DNA of 32,559 nt from Candidatus Helarchaeota archaeon (GTDB lineage Archaea; Asgardarchaeota; Lokiarchaeia; Helarchaeales; RDOG01): assembly GCA_029838215.1 (NCBI GenBank), contig JALGVI010000048.1, positions 1-32,559 on the forward strand, in the 5' to 3' direction. This document shows positions 1 to 7,785 of the stretch, one piece after another. Within the stretch, counting starts at the first letter, position 1. The number at the start of each line of letters is the position of its first letter. The translations under genes were made by a program, and so were the position numbers. Under the pieces are notes generated by a model. The model was not told where the DNA came from. It worked only from the letters and a program-made list of their open reading frames with translations, and did no database searches.

Positions 1-33
1 GATTAGGAATGAAAATTCAAGGAGTGTTTTAAC

Positions 34-792
34 GTGGGAAAGATATTAAGCGTTCACAGTTTTCGAGGAGGAACGGGTAAATCAAACATTACAGCAAATT
101 TAGCCGTTGCCTGCGCAATGTATGGAGATGCCCGTGTTGGAGTCATAGATACCGACATTCAATCCCCAGGAGTTCACGTGATCTTTGGACTTGGCGGAAA
201 AAAACTCCAGCATCCGCTCAATCAATACCTGCAAGGGCAGTGCAAGATCGAAGATGTTGCTGTCGATGTGACGAAATCCCTGAAACTAGAAAAAGGGCAA
301 CTCTTCATGTTCCCTGCGGCCTTGGAAGCCAGCGAGATCACCAAGATACTTCGAGAGGGCTATGAAGTGAGCATGCTCTCGGAGGGGTTTAACCAAATCA
401 TCGATAACATGAATTTAGATTACTTATTGATAGACACGCATCCAGGATTGAATGAAGAAACGTTCCTATCCATTGCAGTTTCGGATGGTTTATTCGTAGT
501 AATGCGTCCAGACTCACAAGATTACCTGGGAACATCCGTAACGCTTGAAATTGCCAAAAAACTGGATGTCCCGAACATATACATGATCATCAACAAGCTT
601 CTCCCAAAATATGATGTTGCATCCGTCAAGAAGGAAGTAGAGAAAACTTACAAGATTCCTGTTGCGGGCATTATTAAGTTCTATGAGGAACTTGCAGATA
701 CTGCCAGCAAGGAAGTTTTCATCACGATACATCCTGAACATGAATTGACAGGAATCTTTAAAGAAATTTACGAAATTGCCCGTCAAATATAA
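34..792 (+). CDS. MinD/ParA-family (SIMIBI) P-loop ATPase
   Basis: Deviant Walker A SFRGGTGKS, VIDTDIQSPG, switch II LIDTHPG, INKL motif; GTG start with GGAGTG at 21-26; no C-terminal membrane-targeting extension. Confidence 0.9.
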   Translation: MGKILSVHSFRGGTGKSNITANLAVACAMYGDARVGVIDTDIQSPGVHVIFGLGGKKLQHPLNQYLQGQCKIEDVAVDVTKSLKLEKGQLFMFPAALEASEITKILREGYEVSMLSEGFNQIIDNMNLDYLLIDTHPGLNEETFLSIAVSDGLFVVMRPDSQDYLGTSVTLEIAKKLDVPNIYMIINKLLPKYDVASVKKEVEKTYKIPVAGIIKFYEELADTASKEVFITIHPEHELTGIFKEIYEIARQI

Positions 793-806
793 CATTGGGG
801 AACACC

Positions 807-1493
807 ATGGTTGAGGGAGACAAAAACCTATCTTTATTGCGGAACATCTCCGATCTACAAGCAAGCTTCAGTGAAATGACGAAAGAATTCCAGGCATTAA
901 TGAATAACAGCGAGATTCAGCAGGCAGTTCTAAAGCAACTTGGAGACATGTTCCAAAAATTTACGAGAATGCGGGAAGCATTATCCAGCATAATGAATTA
1001 TTTTGATTCAATTTTGCAGAAAAAACCCCGAAAGAACTTATCTACTTTAAGTATCATTGATACGATAAACATACCTGATAATCTTCGCAAGAGCATGATG
1101 GCAGTCATCCGATTTGGAAAGGCAACTGCAGAGAAAGTCGCTTCAAGGACTAAGAGAGAACCAACCGTAGAAGAGGAATATCTATCAATGCTTGTCCAGA
1201 TGGGTCATCTTAATGTCGAATCGAAGGATGGCAAGCAAGTTTATTCATTTTCAATGGGAAAGAGGAAATCACGCATATCAGATGAAATATGGAAGTCCCT
1301 CATCAAGGACAGGACCGAGATGATCAATTTCGTATGTTCAACGGAGATTGAAAAATCCGAACTTAAAAAAATGGATTTAGACGAAATGAAAAAGATGGTT
1401 TCAGGAATTGATGAGGATCTCAACGCCATCAAATCATATTTAAATGAATATATAACATCATTATCTGAACTTCAAAAAAAATACAAATTTTAA
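807..1493 (+). CDS. Coiled-coil / winged-helix / coiled-coil protein
   Basis: Central segment IPDNLRKSMMAVIRFGKATAEKVASRTKREPTVEEEYLSMLVQMGHLNVESKDGKQVYSF has a helix-HTH-beta-wing pattern, with amphipathic helical flanks. ORF opens at TTG 795, 2 nt after the ATPase stop; ATG 807 preferred. Confidence 0.7.
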   Translation: MVEGDKNLSLLRNISDLQASFSEMTKEFQALMNNSEIQQAVLKQLGDMFQKFTRMREALSSIMNYFDSILQKKPRKNLSTLSIIDTINIPDNLRKSMMAVIRFGKATAEKVASRTKREPTVEEEYLSMLVQMGHLNVESKDGKQVYSFSMGKRKSRISDEIWKSLIKDRTEMINFVCSTEIEKSELKKMDLDEMKKMVSGIDEDLNAIKSYLNEYITSLSELQKKYKF

Positions 1494-1633
1494 ATCCGAT
1501 TCACGTCATCAGAAGCAGAAGTCTGCCCACTCAATCATGGTGAGGTTATCATCGTTGAATAGAAAGTGAAATTTTATTTATTAAGATGTAAGAATAAATG
1601 TTACCCGTCAGGATCGATTTTGGGTGAGATTAA

Positions 1634-4429
1634 ATGACAGATTTAACCGTGAAGTTTCAACAAAAATTTTTAAAAAAATTGAAGAAAGGGCTTGAAGGTT
1701 TTAACGCCGCCGAGAAATCATTCCAAAGAGAGAATGAAACAACAAAAGAGCGGATAAAAACAAATCTGACTAAAATTTTCAATAAAGAATTCACCAAAAA
1801 GAATAATTCGATCCTGCAAAAAGAACTTGCACCAGTTGAGAATTCGATTTTTACGTTATCCAACAAGTTCGATGAACAAATTGAAAAAACAAAACAAGAA
1901 GCTGAGAATTTAATCAATGATTTCATTGAAAAATTGCTGAATCTCTCCGCTAACATAAATGATGAAATAATGAATAAGACCAAATCAGTAAAAAGTAATT
2001 TTGATCAATTACATGAAGAAATTTCCAAGATTTTTGACACAAACATATCGTATTTTTTAAATCAAGTTAAACTGTCCGAGGAAAAACTCAATTCGGATAA
2101 TGAAATGGCATACAAAAACAATTTTGAAAAAATAAAAGAATATTTCGATTTATCCATTGGAAATATTAAACAAATTGAGGAGTCAGAATTAAATCTCATC
2201 TCAAAAACGAAAGATTACATAGACGATACTTTAAACGCAAACAAGCACCAATTAAAGGAAGAAGTAAACGAGCTCGTTGTTTTCTTTAAGGAAACCCTCA
2301 GTAAATATCTTGAGGATTTTAATGCCGCCCATGATCGCTTGATGGGATTACTTCAAGAAAAAGTTACTGATTTTAAAACACGCATCCATGAATTCCATGA
2401 AGAGATTTCAAAACAACACGAAGGATTTAAAAAAGGATTACAAGCTCAAAATATCACAAATCTTGAGCAACTTCAGGGAATCTTATTCGACATTATTATT
2501 AAAATATTGCGTAAGATGAACGAAAAGTTTGAGAGAAATGTTCAGGAGTTACTAGAAAGCATTAAACAACAGGTCGCAAGTACCATTAAGCTCTTCCAAA
2601 ATGAAATCATTCAATATGAAGAAGATTCATACAACATATTTCATGAAATGATTTCAAGCCAAGAAAATGCGTTCAAAAAGCTGAAAGGAAATGTTGATGA
2701 AGTAATTGACGAATTTCATGATGACATTTCTCAATTAATAAAAGAATTTAAAACGGATTTATTAAAAACACTTGAAATTAACGAAAAAGAACATTCAAAC
2801 AGTATTGAAAAAATTACAAGTGAGATTTTGACGGCAGTCGAGAATAAGAATCAAATTTTTGAACGAATTCAAAATCAGTTCCTTGAAGTATTAGAAGTAA
2901 TCAATGAGAAAGTCATTGAGTCAGATGATCGCCTATTCAACGTCGAAGACAAAGGAGTCTACAACATCATCAATGACTCCACGTTTCGAAAAGAAATTCG
3001 AAATGTCAGGGCCGTTACGGCATTATTAAATAAACAAATTGAAGAACTAAAGACGCAACTACCTGCATTTAACCAGAAGTGCAAGGTCGATTACCAAGAA
3101 AAAATCAAGGAAGTAATTCCAAAAATCCTGACCGAAACCCACGTTGCGTTTCAAAACGACCTGAAAATGATGGCAGCAAATTTCGAAAATGAACTTGCAA
3201 AACACCAAGAAGGATTGCAAGCACGCATTGCTAAGTTAAAACAATCCGAAACATTTTTTGGGTTAGTGAATCAACACTTGCAGGTTTTTAAAGAAAATAC
3301 AGAATCATTGTTTGAGAAAATGAGCCTTCTTTCGAATAAATTTAAAGAAACCGTGAATTCTGCTTCGAATGCTTTAAACGAGAAAATAGTAGGCATGACG
3401 AATGCGGTTCGAGAACAACATCAATTAATTCAAAATACTTTTCGTTCTAATTTCGAGGAGATTTTCACGCAAAACCTCCAAAACGTAACAGTCTACGTGG
3501 AGCATCTTTTTACAAATAATGAACTACTTCCTATTGAATTCTCTAACTCGCTTGAAGAATTTGATGAGTTATATTCAGGATTGGCAAAAAATATAAGCAA
3601 ATTTCAAAAGTCAATTACCGAAGAATTTAATAACATGACTCCCGACTTGATGGGAAAAATAAATGAAAGCATGGATGTCTTTTTCAAGGATGTTAATGAT
3701 GACTTGGTAAGTTTTTCATCGGAGAGTAAAAAAGAAACGGAAAAAAGGATTGAAGATTTAAAGACTGCAGTCATCGAAAGAGTTCGGACACACAATCAAT
3801 TATTTGAAGATAATGCTTCTAAAGCAGATCAAGATATAAAGCAAGTAATTGAAGAAACCGCAGCGGGATTACATGAGATCATAGAGAAAAACGAAACTTC
3901 GGCTACATTAATATATAATAGTGCCGCAGAAGAAGGTGCTCAATTTTTTAAACGAATAGATGAAACAATTGGGACGTTTAGGAAAAATTTTTCCGATTCA
4001 TTCACGAATCTCAAGCAACTCACGATAGACAAAGTCTCCGAAACTACAAATAAGCTGCTCGATGTATTATTAGAATTTCCCGTGATGGTTCGTTCGGAAT
4101 ATGATGAAGAGCTCGAGAACTTCAAAAAAGAAATGCAACAATTCACGAATCTTCATGTCGACGTTCTTGTCAATGAGAAAGTCACTTTTATTCAAAACGT
4201 AAAAGAACATTCTACGGCTCTATTTAATCAACTTCATGATTCAGTGAATAATGATAAATTGTTGAACATGTTTTTAGAAGAAATCAATCAAAGACTGGAT
4301 GCCTCGATCGAACAGTTTCTCACGAGCTACGTGAAAATAACAAAGAAAATTCACGATCTTTTTATAAGGCTTTCAGAAAATGACCAAGAATTCTTGGCTT
4401 TCATGAGCGAAACGATTGAAGAAAAATAA
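1634..4429 (+). CDS. Large all-helical coiled-coil protein with hendecad (11-aa) periodicity, function unknown
   Basis: 931-aa ORF, E/K/N/Q/F/I/L rich, very few Pro/Gly, no TM segments or enzyme motifs; hydrophobic residues recur every 11 positions. Confidence 0.85.
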   Translation: MTDLTVKFQQKFLKKLKKGLEGFNAAEKSFQRENETTKERIKTNLTKIFNKEFTKKNNSILQKELAPVENSIFTLSNKFDEQIEKTKQEAENLINDFIEKLLNLSANINDEIMNKTKSVKSNFDQLHEEISKIFDTNISYFLNQVKLSEEKLNSDNEMAYKNNFEKIKEYFDLSIGNIKQIEESELNLISKTKDYIDDTLNANKHQLKEEVNELVVFFKETLSKYLEDFNAAHDRLMGLLQEKVTDFKTRIHEFHEEISKQHEGFKKGLQAQNITNLEQLQGILFDIIIKILRKMNEKFERNVQELLESIKQQVASTIKLFQNEIIQYEEDSYNIFHEMISSQENAFKKLKGNVDEVIDEFHDDISQLIKEFKTDLLKTLEINEKEHSNSIEKITSEILTAVENKNQIFERIQNQFLEVLEVINEKVIESDDRLFNVEDKGVYNIINDSTFRKEIRNVRAVTALLNKQIEELKTQLPAFNQKCKVDYQEKIKEVIPKILTETHVAFQNDLKMMAANFENELAKHQEGLQARIAKLKQSETFFGLVNQHLQVFKENTESLFEKMSLLSNKFKETVNSASNALNEKIVGMTNAVREQHQLIQNTFRSNFEEIFTQNLQNVTVYVEHLFTNNELLPIEFSNSLEEFDELYSGLAKNISKFQKSITEEFNNMTPDLMGKINESMDVFFKDVNDDLVSFSSESKKETEKRIEDLKTAVIERVRTHNQLFEDNASKADQDIKQVIEETAAGLHEIIEKNETSATLIYNSAAEEGAQFFKRIDETIGTFRKNFSDSFTNLKQLTIDKVSETTNKLLDVLLEFPVMVRSEYDEELENFKKEMQQFTNLHVDVLVNEKVTFIQNVKEHSTALFNQLHDSVNNDKLLNMFLEEINQRLDASIEQFLTSYVKITKKIHDLFIRLSENDQEFLAFMSETIEEK

Positions 4430-4443
4430 AAAGAAAAAAGGAA
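4430..4443 (-). terminator. Candidate T-tract terminator for the minus-strand hydrolase gene
   Basis: AAAGAAAAAAGGAA between convergent stops reads as a T-rich tract on the minus strand. Confidence 0.4.
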
Positions 4444-5274
4444 TCAAGCGTGTTTATCCAGCCAATCACCCAAATCCTTGAGCACGATCTTCCGATCTTT
4501 CTCTAATTCATTGTAGACTTCGTGGAATAAACCATCGTAACGCTTTATTGTTTTGTCTTCCATGGTAAATTCTTTTTCCAATTCTTCGGAACCTGTTACT
4601 GCTTGATCTGCAGAGCCTTTTTGATAGAGAAGCGGTATCTTGAAATTTCCAACGATATGTTTTGCATTTTTAAATGCTTTTAAAAGTTCCATTCCCGCCT
4701 TAAAAGTCGTGTCGCTGAAAATGAGCGGATCCTCTTCATATGCCTTGACAACTTCAGGATCTCTACTAATAAACTCGGTTCCCAACCCCGCATCAATTCG
4801 TCCACGAGGTGAAATGATTGCTAGAAGTTTGCCGATAGCTCTAACAAAAGCACCCTTTCCACCACCAACAGCAGTCCCACAACCAGAAAGAATGAGTCCT
4901 TTTATTAAATCTTCATGCTTGGCAACAAAATAAATTGCAATGGCAGAACCCATGGAATGACCCAGCATGAAAATCGGTAGGTTGGGATGCTTTTTTCGGA
5001 TTAATTCATTAAAAATTTTTTCATCCTCAACATATTGATCAAACGAATCGACGTGACTTCTTATGCCTTCAGACTTGCCATGACCTCTATGGTCATTTGC
5101 ATAAACGGCGTATCCACGGGGTACCAATTCATTAACTACATTCATGTATCGCCCAGAATGTTCTGCCCACCCATGAACAACTTGCACTACTGCCTTTGGA
5201 TTATCAGGTAACCATGCTTGATAGTAAATCTTAAACCCATTAACGCCCTTGAATTCTCCTTCATCGTGTTTCAT
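4444..5274 (-). CDS. Alpha/beta hydrolase, monoacylglycerol lipase / lysophospholipase (PldB-like) family
   Basis: HGWAEHSGRY, DHRGHGKSEG, nucleophile GHSMG, GSAD (Asp), GLFHEVYNE (His). ORF opens at GTG 5286; ATG 5274 follows AGGTG. Confidence 0.9.
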   Translation of the reverse strand: MKHDEGEFKGVNGFKIYYQAWLPDNPKAVVQVVHGWAEHSGRYMNVVNELVPRGYAVYANDHRGHGKSEGIRSHVDSFDQYVEDEKIFNELIRKKHPNLPIFMLGHSMGSAIAIYFVAKHEDLIKGLILSGCGTAVGGGKGAFVRAIGKLLAIISPRGRIDAGLGTEFISRDPEVVKAYEEDPLIFSDTTFKAGMELLKAFKNAKHIVGNFKIPLLYQKGSADQAVTGSEELEKEFTMEDKTIKRYDGLFHEVYNELEKDRKIVLKDLGDWLDKHA

Positions 5275-5385
5275 TTCATTCAACACCTAAAACATGTTCA
5301 GTTTATTTTCTAAAATTCAAATGATATAAAAATTATAATTATCCAGTCTCTTATTTATGTTCATTCTTGCTTCCTTGACGTTTTC

Positions 5386-6600
5386 TTAAGGAATGAAATA
5401 AAAACCGAACGTATAAGCGGGGAAAAAGAGACCGAAAATGATAAGACCGACAATGCCACACAAAACAGGGTTGACTACATTATCCGAAACTTTTAGTGGA
5501 GGGCTAAAGTAGTCGATGATAAAGAAAACTCCAGCACCAGCTAAAGACATTAAAATCCCTGCTATAATGATGGTTAGGTTAATCGTTCCAAAATAGTAGG
5601 TGGCCATTATGAAATATGAAATTAGACCAAACACGAAGGAACCGATAATACCTCCCAAGCACCCTTCCCACGTTTTCCGAGTTTCGGGATGATTTGGATG
5701 AACCCGTCGCTTTCCAAGAGTTATGCCGACGATCGTAGCCATTGCGTCACCTAGTGCAGAAATGGAGATAGCGACCATTGCAACAACAGGAGGAAATAGT
5801 AGAACCGCAACCAACATGCCCGTAATGAGGTAAACATGCGGACCAAAAACGTTTCTTTCTTTGGTACGAATCATGTTCCCGACTTCTTTTATGGGATAAT
5901 ACCTGAACTTATAGATTCTGACCAAATCAGTAAGAATGCAAATATAGAAAATGATTGAAAGAACAAACGAACTGATGGATTTTCCAACGATAGGTAGTAA
6001 TTCAGGATGATTTACAAGGCTGACATCAGATCCAAAGAATAATTTCATAAATGGATCAATATTCACCACGTAATCATAAATAGCTTCGAATACCAACGCA
6101 CCAACAAATAAATAACAAACAATAAATCCGTTTACGAGTGAATGGAATAACTTGCGCGAAATTTCGAGATCTAATGGATTATTTTTGAAAGCCTGTTGCT
6201 GAAGGGCTTTCAATTGTGCTTCTTCAGTTTCGTAATCCTTTTTAATATAATGTTCAAAAAATGCGTAAATCATGATGTAAACGATAATCACGGAATTCAA
6301 AAATATGATGATCCCCGACATTGGACTCGGATAAGGATTGAAACGAAAGTTCAGATATACAAACGCATTCGAATTAATTGGAGCCACGATCTGACCTACA
6401 ATGACAACAAAGAACCCACTAATGGTCACATACACGCCAAGAACAATGCATAAAATGGCGGTGATGAAAGTTGAATATTTGGCTTCACTATTTTTCACAC
6501 TTTTTCGCACGACGAATAAAAGCAGAACAGCAATTACGAGAAATTGAATGCCGTTTGCAATATTAACAGCTCCATAAAAAGGCATGTCAGCAATCTCCAT
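5386..6600 (-). CDS. CTP-dependent lipid/isoprenol kinase (Sec59/Dgk1/VTE5 family) with N-terminal membrane extension
   Basis: EISRKLFH, GDAMATIVG..LGKR, KTWEGCLGG and DN motifs; multiple TM segments; about 140-aa extra N-terminal region with about 3 TMs. Confidence 0.8.
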   Translation of the reverse strand: MEIADMPFYGAVNIANGIQFLVIAVLLLFVVRKSVKNSEAKYSTFITAILCIVLGVYVTISGFFVVIVGQIVAPINSNAFVYLNFRFNPYPSPMSGIIIFLNSVIIVYIMIYAFFEHYIKKDYETEEAQLKALQQQAFKNNPLDLEISRKLFHSLVNGFIVCYLFVGALVFEAIYDYVVNIDPFMKLFFGSDVSLVNHPELLPIVGKSISSFVLSIIFYICILTDLVRIYKFRYYPIKEVGNMIRTKERNVFGPHVYLITGMLVAVLLFPPVVAMVAISISALGDAMATIVGITLGKRRVHPNHPETRKTWEGCLGGIIGSFVFGLISYFIMATYYFGTINLTIIIAGILMSLAGAGVFFIIDYFSPPLKVSDNVVNPVLCGIVGLIIFGLFFPAYTFGFYFIP

Positions 6601-6741
6601 TTAATTCTTGCAGCTAATTGTTCTTTTGTTTAAAAGCGGAATTTTGTTTAAAAAACATTATTTTATGAACATAAACTATTGATTTAAAAAACCTAAATCC
6701 GAAAGGAAGCATGTAAACAAATTCAAGGAGAGATCAAAAAA

Positions 6742-6954
6742 ATGCCTATAAATTGGTATCTGTGGGACCAGTTCATATTTTTCTATAACATCCTCATGAC
6801 GGTTTTAGCCATAGTGGCTATTATTCATTTCTTTATGTTGTTGAATGATAGAAAAGTTAAACTAAACATAATTATTTGCTTGACCTGTGCCATACTAATA
6901 ATCAGCACGTCTATAGTGTACATGGTGACACCGATAATCTTACAATTCATATAG
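6742..6954 (+). CDS. Small two-TM membrane protein, unknown function
   Basis: 70 aa with two hydrophobic stretches; GGAG upstream of ATG; lies in an otherwise empty gap. Confidence 0.55.
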   Translation: MPINWYLWDQFIFFYNILMTVLAIVAIIHFFMLLNDRKVKLNIIICLTCAILIISTSIVYMVTPIILQFI

Positions 6955-7120
6955 ATACTCCAAAAAACACGCTTTTTTTCTTCAAGTGCCGAAAAAATCA
7001 TTTCAAATATCATGTTAATAGTGGAAACTCCCCGTTTAAGTCAAGCAATATCAGAATATTTTAAAACCTTATATGCTCTAAATAACCTATAAATATAGAA
7101 GTAAAATCATTTCAATTCAA

Positions 7121-7771
7121 GTGAGGATCGTGGAGTCCATGTCGAAGGATGAACAGAACTTGGTAAAGCAAGCGATTGAATTTGTTGCGGAAGGCAATAC
7201 TCAGGAAGCCATCGCCTGCTTGATCGAAGCTTTGAATAATGACGACTGGTCTATTCGATCCTATGCTGCCCAGATCTTAGGAGAAATTGGGAAAGTCTCA
7301 CTGGATGAAAAATTATTCAGGAAAATCATTGATAGAATGTTAGAAGCCATCAAAATCGAGAAAGATGGTTGGGTTCGTGAAGCATTCACTAAATCATTTG
7401 GAAAATTGGGGCAAAATCATCCGGAAGTAATTCAAGAACTCCTACCTCCATTGCTTTCAGTTCTAATGGAAGATGATCACGATGGCGCTCGGGGAAGTGC
7501 GGTAAAAGCAATCGGGGACTTGGGAAGAATTCGCCCTGAACATGTTGAAAAATCACTGCCTGACTTGGCTGAAAAATTGGAGAGCGATGAATCTTGGCTC
7601 GTGCGATACTATTCAGCATATGCATTGGGAGAAATTGGAAAAACCATCCCCGAAAAAATAGAAACTTATCTTGAAACTCTAACGCGAGTAAACGAAAATG
7701 ACGTGGATAATGGAGTCCAAGATGCAGCGCGTGATGCTCTCGAAAAGATAAAAACGGCTTTAAATCAATAA
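7121..7771 (+). CDS. HEAT/PBS-lyase repeat protein
   Basis: About five repeats of type D..W.VR..A..ALGEIG (DDWSIRSYAAQILGEIG; DESWLVRYYSAYALGEIG). Start may be ATG 7139. Confidence 0.85.
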   Translation: MRIVESMSKDEQNLVKQAIEFVAEGNTQEAIACLIEALNNDDWSIRSYAAQILGEIGKVSLDEKLFRKIIDRMLEAIKIEKDGWVREAFTKSFGKLGQNHPEVIQELLPPLLSVLMEDDHDGARGSAVKAIGDLGRIRPEHVEKSLPDLAEKLESDESWLVRYYSAYALGEIGKTIPEKIETYLETLTRVNENDVDNGVQDAARDALEKIKTALNQ

Positions 7772-7785
7772 AAAAAGAAAAAAAA

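Noticed and set aside
514-4146. Minus-strand ORFs overlapping the ATPase module
   Set aside because: S/F/L-rich complements of E/K-rich coding sequence; typical artefacts.
1634-4429. SMC/Rad50 or chemoreceptor identity for the giant coiled-coil protein
   Set aside because: No Walker A/B or LSGG signature, no hinge or CxxC hook, no TM or MCP hairpin motif.
6825-7064. Two additional 62-aa ORFs around the small membrane protein
   Set aside because: They overlap the better-supported 6742-6954 ORF, lack clear start signals and run into AT-rich intergenic DNA.
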